A stretch of DNA of 64,000 nt, from NCBI GenBank assembly GCA_965200245.1, contig CBDATS010000004.1, positions 1,408,001-1,472,000 on the forward strand, given 5' to 3'. Numbering within the stretch: position 1 is the first letter of the stretch; every line of letters begins with the position of its first letter. This document shows positions 10,342 through 20,607 of the stretch, one piece after another. The notes beneath the pieces are model-generated. The model worked only from the letters and a program-made list of their open reading frames with translations, made no database searches and was not told the origin of the DNA. The translations under genes were made by a program, and so were the position numbers. Source of the DNA: a bacterium (lineage in GTDB: Bacteria > UBA8248).

Positions 10342-11117
10342 CGGATGGGTGATTGCTCCCTAGCGACGGTTCCCGGTGGATTTTGAGGTCGTTTTTTTCT
10401 GGTGGTTTTGGAGGAGAGGTTCGTAGTACTTCCACTTTTCGCTCTGCTTGCGGACTTGCCATCGCTCGTTTTCTTCTCTGCCGGGACGTTTCCTCTGGAC
10501 CGCGTTCGCTTTTTCTGTGTCCCAGCTTTTGGGAGAGCTTTCTTTTTCCTTTGTGCTTGCCTTTTGCCGCCTGGCTTTTGATCTTTCATATTCACAGTTT
10601 CGGCAGCCTGTTTCTCTTCTTCCGCAGTCGAAAACACGGGTTTTCTGCGCCCAATCACCAAGCGGAATGCGTAGCCCACCTGGGTTTCATGCCATTCATT
10701 CTCTCCGAGATCCTGCAACACAAGTTCGACCGGTGAACCGGGAACCAGCATGTCACGATACCCTTCCCAGCCGATCAGGTGGGAATTTATTTTTATGCCC
10801 TCATCAAGGAGAATCACTGCAGAAACATGCTCCGCATCTCCATCCAGGGAAGAATGCGTAATTGTGGCCGAAAGAAGTTTCCCTTTTCCGCTCAAAAACA
10901 CCTCGCTCGTACTGCGCGGACAGACCGGATTGTCGCAAGTAGTTTTCGAGCCGGTCTTGGGAAAAAAATACTCTTCGCATTCCTTGCAAACGGACCCGAT
11001 GAGCTTGGGTTTCTGGCGAGAATTCCTGGGAATCGTAAAAACATCGCGCATGAACGGAACTACAACTTTATTTTTGTCGGGAATAAAAATGGAAGGCTTG
11101 TCTTGGGAGGAATTCAT
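10338..11117 (-). CDS. Zn-ribbon/OB-fold (DUF35/ChsH2-like) protein with Lys/Arg-rich C-terminal tail
   Basis: LIGSVCKEC..YFFP, second Cys pair, LSGKGKLLSAT and YAFR, followed by a ~100 aa basic low-complexity tail. Confidence 0.7.
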   Translation of the reverse strand: MNSSQDKPSIFIPDKNKVVVPFMRDVFTIPRNSRQKPKLIGSVCKECEEYFFPKTGSKTTCDNPVCPRSTSEVFLSGKGKLLSATITHSSLDGDAEHVSAVILLDEGIKINSHLIGWEGYRDMLVPGSPVELVLQDLGENEWHETQVGYAFRLVIGRRKPVFSTAEEEKQAAETVNMKDQKPGGKRQAQRKKKALPKAGTQKKRTRSRGNVPAEKKTSDGKSASRAKSGSTTNLSSKTTRKKRPQNPPGTVAREQSPIR

Positions 11118-11423
11118 AAACTACCCTGCCTTCGAAATTTCAAGTGTAATACGGAATAAGCGAAATATAAACAGCTACTTAAAACATTCAGACTAGAATG
11201 GGTTCCGATGGCGAACCCTAGCAGGGGGTTGCTTTAGTGTCAACATGAATCAAGGTGACAGAAATTTCTGGATACCAAATGATTCACGTTCTCGAATCGC
11301 AATATCCAGTCTGTTGGCTTCGATGGACGCAATGGCAGTTAAGCTGGCCTTGATTTTGATGACTTGACCACTCAAATCCTGCAATCTTATAGTCATGTGT
11401 CGTATTGAGATAAAGGATGCAGT

Positions 11424-12866
11424 ATGGTTTCTCCACACACCCAGATTTTTCGATCCAAACTGCTCCGGTTTTTGCCCTCTGTGGATGAAATCGTCACACG
11501 CATAAAAAATGACGGCGAGAATAGCGCATCGGATGTTGCTATATCCGAAGCAGTCAGAAAAGCAATCGAAACGAAAAGATGTCAGCTGCTTGGACAAAAG
11601 AGCCCGGAATTCGAAAGCACCATGGAAATTTCTGCGATATCCGAGCAAACGATTCGAGATACTGTTCTCCACGACGCAAAACAAATCCTCTTGGCGAATA
11701 AACAGCCCAGCTTGAAAAAAGTCATCAACGCGACGGGAATTGTACTGCACACAAATCTGGGCCGGGCCCCGTTGAGTGACGCTGCAAGGACGGCACTGCA
11801 TGAAGTAGCCGGAGGATATTCAAATCTGGAATTCGATTTACACCAGGGAGTGAGGGGAAAAAGAGGGGCCGAAATAGAATCCCTTCTTTGCCGATTGACG
11901 GGAGCGGAAGCAGCATTGGTTGTCAACAATAACGCTGCCGCCGTGATGTTTGCGATTCATACGATGGCCCATTCCACTGAAGTGATCGTTTCAAGAGGGG
12001 AACTTGTTGAAATCGGTGGTTCTTTCCGCATTCCTGACATCATGCGTCAAAGCGGAGCAAAATTAGTAGAAGTAGGGACAACGAACAAGACAAGGATATC
12101 CGACTACCGCAACGCCATTACCCAGAATACGGGTTTATTGCTTAAAGCGCACCCAAGCAATTACCGGATTCTCGGCTTTACGGAAAGTGTATCCCGCGAT
12201 GAACTCGCCGAACTCGGAAGGGAAGCAATTTTACCCACCCTGGAAGATCTCGGGAGCGGTTCGCTTGTTCATATTGACGGTCTGCCACATGAGCCCACCG
12301 TCCTGGAATCGGTACGCTCGGGAATAGATATTGTTACCTTTTCCGGGGACAAGCTCCTCGGTGGCCCACAAGCCGGTATTGTCGTAGGCAAGGCCATGTG
12401 GGTGGAGAAAATGAAAAAACACCCCCTCATGCGGATCCTCAGGCTGGACAAACTCACGCTTGCCGCCCTGGAAGCAACACTCCGGGTCTACCTCGATCCC
12501 GAAGCTGCCCGAAACCAGATTCCAGTTCTTCAGATATTGTCCGCCAGCCGGGAAAAACTGAAAAGCCAGGCTGAATCTTTGATCAGTTGGATGGGAGAAG
12601 ATGTTTGTTCCGTACTAGGTGCGGAGATAGAAGGGACGTCGGGAAAGGTCGGTGGCGGAGCCATGCCCCTGGCGGAACTCGATAGTTACGCCGTCATCCT
12701 GTCTCCCCGAAACTTTTCCGCTAAATCTCTGGAATCCAGATTGCGCGATGGTGTTCCTCCTGTCGTAGCGCGCATTCAAGAGGATAAAGTGATATTGGAT
12801 TTGCGGTGTATCAGGGAAGATGAAGTCAAGGTATTGGCTGATATTCTTCGCGAACTCGCTACATAA
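11424..12866 (+). CDS. selA: L-seryl-tRNA(Sec) selenium transferase
   Basis: Motifs VINATGIVLHTNLGRAPL, VVNNNAAA, SRGELVEIGGSFRIPD and FSGDKLLGGPQAG. Confidence 0.97.
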   Translation: MVSPHTQIFRSKLLRFLPSVDEIVTRIKNDGENSASDVAISEAVRKAIETKRCQLLGQKSPEFESTMEISAISEQTIRDTVLHDAKQILLANKQPSLKKVINATGIVLHTNLGRAPLSDAARTALHEVAGGYSNLEFDLHQGVRGKRGAEIESLLCRLTGAEAALVVNNNAAAVMFAIHTMAHSTEVIVSRGELVEIGGSFRIPDIMRQSGAKLVEVGTTNKTRISDYRNAITQNTGLLLKAHPSNYRILGFTESVSRDELAELGREAILPTLEDLGSGSLVHIDGLPHEPTVLESVRSGIDIVTFSGDKLLGGPQAGIVVGKAMWVEKMKKHPLMRILRLDKLTLAALEATLRVYLDPEAARNQIPVLQILSASREKLKSQAESLISWMGEDVCSVLGAEIEGTSGKVGGGAMPLAELDSYAVILSPRNFSAKSLESRLRDGVPPVVARIQEDKVILDLRCIREDEVKVLADILRELAT

Positions 12867-12931
12867 TCTCTGGCTTGATGACATAATGTTTTTCTGAATA
12901 ACCCGAAAAATAATCAGGAGGTAATATTCCA

Positions 12932-13735
12932 ATGCCTACCGTTAATTCCGACGGCGTCGCCATAGATTACGAAATCATCAATCCCCAGCATAGCGGTACG
13001 CCTGTATTCCTGATCAGCGGATTGGGAGGAGTTCGTGCATCATGGACGGAGCAAATCAAGGCCTTTTCTGCCGATAGACCCCTCATCCTTCACGACCACA
13101 GGGGGACGGGAAAAAGCGAAAAACCCAGCGGGGTTTACAGCGTCCCCAACATGGCGAAAGACATAACCGCGATCATGGATGACCTTGGAATGGGAAAGGC
13201 GCACCTCGTCGGAAGCTCAACCGGGGGTGCCATCATCCAGGTAATGTGTCTCGATCATTCAGACCGCGTTCAAAGCGGTTCAATCGTGAGTTCCTGGCCC
13301 AGGAGCGATGAGTATTTCATCCGCCAGTTCAGAGTACGCAAAGAAGTTTTGCTGGAGATGGGCTGGGACTTTTACACGAGATATTCCACGATTGCATTAC
13401 ACAGCCCCAAGTTCTTCACCGACAATTTCGAGGAAATCCAGGCACGCGAAAACCTGTCGATCGCTAACGCGCCTCCGGCAGAGGTTATGGCCGAGAGAAT
13501 CGATTGCATCATCGCGCATGACCAGTTGGGCCGTTTGGGGCAAATCGGGAACCCGGTTCTGGTGGCTGTTGCAAGAGACGACATCGTCACTCCTCTGTAC
13601 TACTCTCTGCAATTGAGGGACGCTATCCCCGGTGCTGAATTGAAAATTTTCGACGAAGGCGGACATTTCGTTTATCTCGAGAAACCGGTTGAATTCAATG
13701 AATCCATCCTGGAATTCATTCACCGTCATGACTAG
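12932..13735 (+). CDS. Alpha/beta hydrolase (RutD-like)
   Basis: Motifs ISGLGG, DHRGTG, GSSTGG nucleophile elbow and GGH. Confidence 0.88.
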   Translation: MPTVNSDGVAIDYEIINPQHSGTPVFLISGLGGVRASWTEQIKAFSADRPLILHDHRGTGKSEKPSGVYSVPNMAKDITAIMDDLGMGKAHLVGSSTGGAIIQVMCLDHSDRVQSGSIVSSWPRSDEYFIRQFRVRKEVLLEMGWDFYTRYSTIALHSPKFFTDNFEEIQARENLSIANAPPAEVMAERIDCIIAHDQLGRLGQIGNPVLVAVARDDIVTPLYYSLQLRDAIPGAELKIFDEGGHFVYLEKPVEFNESILEFIHRHD

Positions 13736-13783
13736 TCCTTGGTTTGGTGTATCGCCTGTCAAACATAAAGGCGAATCTCTCTT

Positions 13784-15694
13784 ATGAAACATGTCGTCAT
13801 CGGAACCGCTGGCCACATTGATCATGGCAAAACCTCTCTGGTCAAAGCGTTGACTGGCACAGACACGGACCGTCTCAAGGAAGAAAAAGAGCGCGGCATC
13901 ACCATCGAGCTTGGGTTCGCCGAATTGATTCTTGGAGATACCCATGCAGGCATCGTAGACGTTCCGGGTCATGAGCGATTCGTGAAAAACATGTTGGCTG
14001 GAGTCGGAGGCATAGATTTGGTCATGCTGATCGTCGCCGCCGATGAAGGCGTCATGCCGCAGACGAGAGAACATTTGTCCATTTGCCGGCTTCTCGGGAT
14101 CAAAACAGGCCTGATCGTGCTGACCAAAACAGATCTGGTCGAGCCGGAATGGGTTGAACTCGTCACAGACGATATACAGGACTTTGTAAAAGATACTTTC
14201 CTGCAAGATAAACCGGTCGTGCCGGTTTCCGCACATACAGGAGATGGACTGGAGAATCTCAAGAACACTTTGGTGGAAATCGCGAACCAGACGCCCGCAA
14301 AAAATGAAACCGGCATTTTCCGCATACCGATTGACCGCGTATTCACGATGCGCGGATTCGGCGTGGTGACGACAGGTACCTTGTTCAGCGGCAGCGTGGC
14401 CGTAGGCGAGCAGGTTGAAGTCTATCCCAAGGGTCTTCCGGCGCGCGTTCGTGGTTTGCAGGTCCACGGGGAATCTGTGGAAAAATCGACAGCCGGCCTC
14501 AGGACCGCTGTCAATCTTCAGGGTCTTGAACGCACCGAGGTGTTCAGAGGGGACATCATCGGGCATCCTGACGAATTGAAAACAACGTATATGCTGGACG
14601 TTCATTTGGAACATCTGGCCGACGCCCCCCGCCCCCTGAAAACCCGCGATCGTATCCGCTTCCACTCTGGCACTGCTGAAATCATGGGGAGGATATCCCT
14701 TATCGGGCAGGACCTGCTTGAACCGGGAGACAACTCATTCGCTCAAGTACGGCTGGAAGAACCGATTGTCGTCCTGCCCCGGGACCGATTCGTGATCAGG
14801 AGCTACTCGCCGATAATCACGATAGGCGGTGGGGAAATCCTGGACATCATGCCCCGCAAGCATAGACGGTTACGTAGTTCGTCCATGAATCACCTGGACT
14901 CACTTTATCACGGGGATGAGACGGAGAGGTTGCTTATCCTGATTCAGGATGCGCGATTGGACGGAATCGAACTCGCCGATCTGACGGGCCGTCTGACGCT
15001 CAAACCGAACGACATCAACAAGGAAATCCAGGAACTGTCCAGACAGCGCAAAGTGAAAATTATCGACCAAACCAGTTTCTTGGTCATGACAGCGGCACAT
15101 TTCGAAACCGTCCAGAAAAACATCCTCTCCTTCTTGAAGGAATATCACGCCAAGAATCAACTTCGCACGGGTGCTCCAAGAGAAGAGGTTCGCGGCAAGG
15201 CTGGCAATCTGCATGAAAAAATCTTCGGAATTGCCCTTAAAGATTTGAGCGAATCAAGCGAAATCGTTGAAAACGGTGCCCTCCTCAGGCTCTCATCCCA
15301 TTCCGTAGAGATCGACGAGACGCTCGGAGAAGTGAAAACAAAACTGGAATCCATTTTTCAAAACAGTCGTTTTCAGCCCCCATCCTTGGAGGCCGCTTTC
15401 TCACGGGGCGGAGGTAACGGCAGTTCAAATCAGAACGCTTTGCAGATTCTTGTCGACGAAGGAGTTCTGCTGCGCCTTAAAGACAATATTATCTATCACC
15501 GACAGGCATTGAAGGAAGCAGAAAACCTTCTCCGGGAACATCTGTTGCGCAACAACGAAATCACGGCGGCGGAATTTCGGGATCTATTGGGCATTACAAG
15601 AAAACATGCCATACCTTTGCTTGAATATTTTGATACAGCGCGAATCACGCTAAGGGTGGGAGACAAAAGAGTACTTCGATCAAGTTCAAGATAA
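13784..15694 (+). CDS. selB: Selenocysteine-specific elongation factor
   Basis: [29 protein letters not shown] and the C-terminal winged-helix [18 protein letters not shown]. Confidence 0.97.
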   Translation: MKHVVIGTAGHIDHGKTSLVKALTGTDTDRLKEEKERGITIELGFAELILGDTHAGIVDVPGHERFVKNMLAGVGGIDLVMLIVAADEGVMPQTREHLSICRLLGIKTGLIVLTKTDLVEPEWVELVTDDIQDFVKDTFLQDKPVVPVSAHTGDGLENLKNTLVEIANQTPAKNETGIFRIPIDRVFTMRGFGVVTTGTLFSGSVAVGEQVEVYPKGLPARVRGLQVHGESVEKSTAGLRTAVNLQGLERTEVFRGDIIGHPDELKTTYMLDVHLEHLADAPRPLKTRDRIRFHSGTAEIMGRISLIGQDLLEPGDNSFAQVRLEEPIVVLPRDRFVIRSYSPIITIGGGEILDIMPRKHRRLRSSSMNHLDSLYHGDETERLLILIQDARLDGIELADLTGRLTLKPNDINKEIQELSRQRKVKIIDQTSFLVMTAAHFETVQKNILSFLKEYHAKNQLRTGAPREEVRGKAGNLHEKIFGIALKDLSESSEIVENGALLRLSSHSVEIDETLGEVKTKLESIFQNSRFQPPSLEAAFSRGGGNGSSNQNALQILVDEGVLLRLKDNIIYHRQALKEAENLLREHLLRNNEITAAEFRDLLGITRKHAIPLLEYFDTARITLRVGDKRVLRSSSR

Positions 15695-15715
15695 ATCCTT
15701 CATAAGGAATCAAGA

Positions 15716-16903
15716 ATGCCTCTCGACAAAAGCAGGATACAACGCCTTCGTTCTGACGTTCCGGCTCTGGAAAATCAAATCTACGTCAATTGGGGAGGCG
15801 GCGGGCCATCCTCGAAATCGCTTCTTCTCGAAATGGACAAGTTCACGAAACACGAACTGGAACTCGGTTCGTTTCACCCGAAAATCAGGAATGAAACCAC
15901 CAGGGCACTGGGACGAACTCGAGAGAGTTGCGCAAAACTCATCGGCGCAGAGACCTCGGAAATAGCACTGACGAGCAATACAACCGTTGGAATCAATATC
16001 GCGGCGGCCGGACAGGAATGGAATGCCGGGGATGAAGTACTCGTATCGGATCTGGAGCATCCGGGTGGATATTTGCCCTGGCTCGTTTGGCGGAAGAGAT
16101 ACCCGATCAAGGTAAAACTATTCAAGACAGGTCAAGATGATGATGAACTGATTGGAAATCTGGAAGACGCCATCACCCCGAAAACCAAGGTGGTTTGTGT
16201 GAGCCACGTCTCCTGGCTGAACGGCAGGAGACTTCCGCTAGCGGAAATTGGCCGGATCTGCGGCTCGACAGGATCGCTCCTCATCGTAGATGGAGCCCAA
16301 TCCGTCGGACACATACCGGTCAACGTCAAAGAAGCCGGCGTAGACGTCTACACGATATCGGGCCAGAAATGGCTGATGGGTCCGGATGGCACCGGTGCCG
16401 TATTTATCAGGCGCAGTGCAGGAAAAAAGATTCATCTTTCGGCCGCAAGTTTTCGCACGGCACAAAAAAAGAGATTAAAAACCCTGTCCTTCACGCCGGA
16501 GACGAGCGCCATACGCTTTGAAGTCGGCACTCTGAATACGCCCGGTTTCCTGGGTTTCCGCGCCGCGGTCGAACATTTCAGGAGAACGGGGCCCGTATCC
16601 ATCGAAAAGAGGATTCTGGCACTGGCGAATCGCCTGTTGTCCCGGGCACGTCCAATCAGGAATGTCGAAGTCATTACGCCCGAAGGAGAGGCCCAGTCCG
16701 GTCTCGTCTCTTTTCGGATTCAGGGTGTTGAATCTCAGAAAATTGTGGACAGGCTTTACAGAAAACATCAAATCATTCTGAGAGCGGTGGTAACGGAGCC
16801 TCCCGCCGTGAGGGTTTCCATTCATTACCTGAACACGGAAGAAGAAATGGACTTGATTGCAGACGCGATTTCCTCTTTGGCGGCAGGCAGGGGGAAAAGG
16901 TAA
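15716..16903 (+). CDS. Class V PLP enzyme, C-S lyase type (C-DES/EgtE-like)
   Basis: YVNWGGGGP, EHP, DGAQSVG and SGQKWLMGP. The desulfurase catalytic Cys loop is absent. Confidence 0.8.
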   Translation: MPLDKSRIQRLRSDVPALENQIYVNWGGGGPSSKSLLLEMDKFTKHELELGSFHPKIRNETTRALGRTRESCAKLIGAETSEIALTSNTTVGINIAAAGQEWNAGDEVLVSDLEHPGGYLPWLVWRKRYPIKVKLFKTGQDDDELIGNLEDAITPKTKVVCVSHVSWLNGRRLPLAEIGRICGSTGSLLIVDGAQSVGHIPVNVKEAGVDVYTISGQKWLMGPDGTGAVFIRRSAGKKIHLSAASFRTAQKKRLKTLSFTPETSAIRFEVGTLNTPGFLGFRAAVEHFRRTGPVSIEKRILALANRLLSRARPIRNVEVITPEGEAQSGLVSFRIQGVESQKIVDRLYRKHQIILRAVVTEPPAVRVSIHYLNTEEEMDLIADAISSLAAGRGKR

Positions 16904-16912
16904 ATCCCCAAA

Positions 16913-16948
16913 GAAAAAAGGCGGCGGTAAGGCAACCGCCGCCTTTTC
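16913..16948. terminator. Bidirectional intrinsic terminator
   Basis: AAAAAGGCGGCGGT-AAGGCA-ACCGCCGCCTTTT between convergent genes. Confidence 0.85.
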
Positions 16949-16963
16949 AGTTCAACTCGGGCG

Positions 16964-17704
16964 TTATTTTTTCAGCGTCACGTTCACGGCCGTAGCGGCG
17001 CCACCCTTTACCGTCACCTTCATGGATTTTTTGCCTAAAACCTCGTGCCAAATATCCATGGTGTAAGAACCCGCGGGAACATCCTTGATCTCGAATTTCC
17101 CCCCGGTGCCCGTGATGCCGACGTATGGATTTCCCGCCACGACAATATATCCCGCCATCCAGTTATGTACGTCACAAGTCACTTTCATGATACCGGGCTT
17201 CTTGAAGTAGCGTGTCGACATTCTCAGTTTTTTCTTGAATTTAGGCTGCGCGATATTGGCAACCGAGTTGCCCGTTTTGCCGGGATGGGTGTGGACATTG
17301 TGGAGAATTTTGTCACTGTTTTTCATCAACAGTTTCGTCTTTGGCTTCATCACGACCACGCGGGGCAGGTAAACGCATCCTTTTTGGTCGACAGTCGCTT
17401 TTTTCTGGCTCTTCGACCATTTTTTGCCGGATTTCACGCCTTTCAAGGAAACAACGGCCCAGGCCACACCGCCGTCTTTCACGACCAAACTCTCATCCAT
17501 AATCGGTTGCTTCGCGCAAACTTTCTTGTCCTTGTTCACAGACAGGGTTTTGGGTTTTGGGACAGCGCCATCGAATTTGATTGTTCCGGTAATAGACCCC
17601 CCACCGCTTACCTTACCTTCCTTATAAGCATTCGCGGAACCAGCCAACGCGATGCTCAGGCACATCGCAAAGATCAAGCACAGTGAAAAGCGTTTGGGAA
17701 TCAT
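16964..17704 (-). CDS. Secreted carboxypeptidase-regulatory-like/cupredoxin-like domain protein
   Basis: Signal peptide, DQKGC.Y.P, N.D.ILHNVH, CDVHNWM and WHE.LG. AGAGGAG RBS. Confidence 0.8.
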   Translation of the reverse strand: MIPKRFSLCLIFAMCLSIALAGSANAYKEGKVSGGGSITGTIKFDGAVPKPKTLSVNKDKKVCAKQPIMDESLVVKDGGVAWAVVSLKGVKSGKKWSKSQKKATVDQKGCVYLPRVVVMKPKTKLLMKNSDKILHNVHTHPGKTGNSVANIAQPKFKKKLRMSTRYFKKPGIMKVTCDVHNWMAGYIVVAGNPYVGITGTGGKFEIKDVPAGSYTMDIWHEVLGKKSMKVTVKGGAATAVNVTLKK

Positions 17705-18027
17705 ACCTACTCCTCTCAAAGAATTTTTCAGGTTGGCAGTTACTTTTTTTTCAAAGCGCGGGTAATCATTCGCACGCATAATACAGGCTGTCTCAGCTAC
17801 GGAACCTCCAAGATTGACTTCCAGTCAAACCGGAACCACCGGAAATCCTCATCTGCCTCATTCAAGTAATGCACCTTTCATTTTAAGTCAACCCTCTCGT
17901 TAGTTGACTTGGCGATTCGCCTGAGTTCATTGTGTCGCAGGAGTGAATGCGGTCGTGAATGAGAGCGAAAATCCCGCCTTCAGAAGAGACCGACCCTTGC
18001 GGACTCCAAGGTATTTTCAGTGAGACA

Positions 18028-18680
18028 ATGGTCATGTGAAAGTTCCACTATTCTGCAATCCGCTTTTTTCCTGGTTCTGCCCGGCGTTGTTTTTCCCCGG
18101 GCCACGGCACGGCGCACCACACCAGTTCCATAGCTTATATCGACCAGGAAGTCGGCAAAGTCGAAACAGGAAACTTCGAGATACGACAGACCGCCATGCC
18201 GCCGAAATTGCGAAAACAAGGAAACACCCCAAAACCCATTGAACAGACGCACAAACTTCTGTCTCGATTCACGCATCGCTTTGAGGTACGAATACGGGAT
18301 CAGAAAACCGGAAAGCCGCTTACAAAAAATCTGGCTGTGAAGCTGGGATTCACCCACAAAGAATGGGAAAGAACCTTCACGCTTGAAAGGTTTCGGAAGG
18401 ATAAGCGAGAGATTTACGGCAAAAACGTCAAACTGGGCGAAAAAGGCGCATACACCATCTCGACCACCATATCCGGTCTGGTGACTCATCCCGTAAGAGC
18501 GCGGTTTTCTTTCGATTTCGACCCGGAATCCGTAAAGGGCGTGATGCGAGATCTGGAAAAAATCCTGGCGATCCTTGGCCGGGAAACGCTTGTCTTGGAT
18601 CTGGACGGCGAGTTGATTCCTCGCCCCAACGAACGCTACATTCAGCGATTGACCGAAAAATTCGGGAATTATCTACTTGA
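18028..18680 (+). pseudogene. Degraded gene for a probable secreted protein
   Basis: Protein-like frame from ~18100 to 18670. The 5' signal-peptide-like part is broken (ATG-TGA and frameshifts), and the 3' part runs into antisense of the NHLP gene. Confidence 0.35.
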
Positions 18681-18846
18681 ATCCGCAAGTCTGAATATCC
18701 TGATTTTGCGTTTTCCGGGTGTATCGTTTTGCGTCACAGACGGAATTACTGCCAGAACCAGTGTATGCGCCGCCTTCTTCCATTCAACCCATAGACCAAC
18801 TCTGAGAGTAACTCGAAAATGGGCATTTTCGTATATAGTTCCCGTT

Positions 18847-19110
18847 TTACACATGATTGGGAACATCGCCCCAGTATGCGCCTTGAGCAGCTTCCAGTTC
18901 TTCCTCGGTGAGCCGGGACGAAGGCGGAAGGACGAGATAGCTGTTCTCGGCGTCGTCTTCCATCACATGCAGGTTGGAAGTCTCCGGCACCGCGATTCCG
19001 AACTCCCCGGATACCACGGCCCTCGGTTCGGAGATAAGACGGGCACGGAACTCCTCGCTGTCGCCTGCCTTCCCGATCAGGTGCTCGCGCATCCCGGAAA
19101 GAGATTTCAT
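18847..19110 (-). CDS. NHLP (nitrile hydratase-like leader) RiPP precursor
   Basis: LIGKA.DSEEFRARLISEPRAVV..EFG..VP...LHVMED...YLVLPP...LTEEELEAAQGA, then short core YWGDVPNHV. AAGGAG RBS. Confidence 0.85.
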   Translation of the reverse strand: MKSLSGMREHLIGKAGDSEEFRARLISEPRAVVSGEFGIAVPETSNLHVMEDDAENSYLVLPPSSRLTEEELEAAQGAYWGDVPNHV

Positions 19111-19729
19111 TTTGGTCTCCTTTCCTGGAGAAATGAGTATGGGTTGATACCCCGATGTTTTCGCTTTTTTTTGCATCGTCATCATGAGCAGGGTATAGGA
19201 TATTCCGACGGGAAAGCAAGAAATTTTCTGGCGTTTTCTCGTGAGGAACAGGCTTCCTCCCGGAAGCCCGTCCGTATGTTCCCCGATCTCCCGGGAAACC
19301 GGCGGCCGAAGTATCCGTTTTTCCAGAATTCAGGGAATAAGACTTGTGGAATTAAGTATGTAATTCCCAAAAATTCAGATATTTTGTCCCGTGGATATCG
19401 AACCTCAGGGAAGGAGAAGCGCAGGAACTGTATGATGACTTGACCCGAAAACTACTCGACCTCGCCGATACCATGAAGAAAAACGCCAAAAACCCGATTA
19501 CGATCAGCTCGCCGGCAACCTCGCCACCGCCAGAAACCTTTGCTCGCAATGTCACCATATCTTTCAGGAAGCGGATTCAACCGGAAAACCCGTCAAGTTG
19601 CCTGCTTCGCCATCGAATCGATAGTCCGACCGCTCAAATGCCGTGATGTTTGCAACATGCCGGACTCTGGGGTATTCCTTTTCCCGAAACGGCTTATCGC
19701 CGATACGTTTGTTTTTTCGTGGGTGAATT

Positions 19730-20578
19730 GTGAATCTGAACCTCAAAGACGCAAAGATGCCCGAAACGCTTGATGGCTGGGCTATCCTGCATCATATTTT
19801 CAGGGTGAACTGGCCCGCCTGGAACCGCTTGGCCAGTGCCCGCCAACACCGCATCCTGGACGAAGCGACAGAACACTTCGCCTCAATCGCACGGCCTGAA
19901 TCCGGGGAAAGCGCTCTTTTCAGCCTTTTGGGCCACAAGGGAGACCTGCTGTTTCTCCATTTTCGGCCCACGCTCGATGCGCTGAATGAAGTCGAACTCG
20001 GTTTGCGTCGGCTGGCACTTGCAGAATACATGGAGGAAACCACTTCCTACCTCTCGTTCCTGGAACTCGGCCTCTATGAAATGACCGTGAAACTTCACTC
20101 ACAATTCGTGGATCAGGGTCTCGAACCGGGAAGTGACGATTGGAAGTCGAATTGGGCTAGGGAAATGGACAACCAGCGCGAACGCATGAAAGAGCGCCTC
20201 TATATGGACATCCCGAAAACCAGATACCTGTGCTTTTACCCAATGAACAAGCGAAGGGGCGAGCAAAAGAACTGGTACGGCCTGACCATCGAGGAGCGAC
20301 AGCAAATGATGCGCGAACACGGCTTTGTGGGCAGACGATACGCCGGGCGCGTTCAGCAAATCATCACGGGCAGCATCGGCTTCGACGACTGGGAATGGGG
20401 CGTCTATCTGTTCTCGAAAGATCCACTTGTCTTCAAGCGTCTCGTATACGAAATGCGTTTCGATGAGGCCAGCGTCTGGTATGGCGAGTTCGGTCCGTTC
20501 TACGCCGGGTTGCGCGTCATGACACATCATCTGAAAAGCATTTTCCGCGGCAAGGTGCCCTCCCTCGAAGCGCCCTGA
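19730..20578 (+). CDS. hemQ: Coproheme decarboxylase (chlorite dismutase-like)
   Basis: Motifs ETLDGW, GHKGDL, FYPMNKRR, NWY, MMREHG, GFDDWEWGV and EMRFDEAS..YGEFGPF. Confidence 0.85.
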   Translation: MNLNLKDAKMPETLDGWAILHHIFRVNWPAWNRLASARQHRILDEATEHFASIARPESGESALFSLLGHKGDLLFLHFRPTLDALNEVELGLRRLALAEYMEETTSYLSFLELGLYEMTVKLHSQFVDQGLEPGSDDWKSNWAREMDNQRERMKERLYMDIPKTRYLCFYPMNKRRGEQKNWYGLTIEERQQMMREHGFVGRRYAGRVQQIITGSIGFDDWEWGVYLFSKDPLVFKRLVYEMRFDEASVWYGEFGPFYAGLRVMTHHLKSIFRGKVPSLEAP

Positions 20579-20607
20579 AGCGCACGATTTCAAAAAACAG
20601 GCCCATC

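Noticed and set aside
11118-11423. Possible tRNA-Sec (selC) upstream of selA
   Set aside because: No cloverleaf, TCA anticodon loop or T-arm found.
15716-16903. Calling the PLP enzyme sufS/iscS or a canonical Sec lyase
   Set aside because: It lacks the RxGxHC or SGSAC catalytic Cys motif.
18196-19443. 415-aa plus-strand ORF
   Set aside because: Chimera of a gene fragment and read-through antisense to the NHLP gene; the second half is not protein-like.
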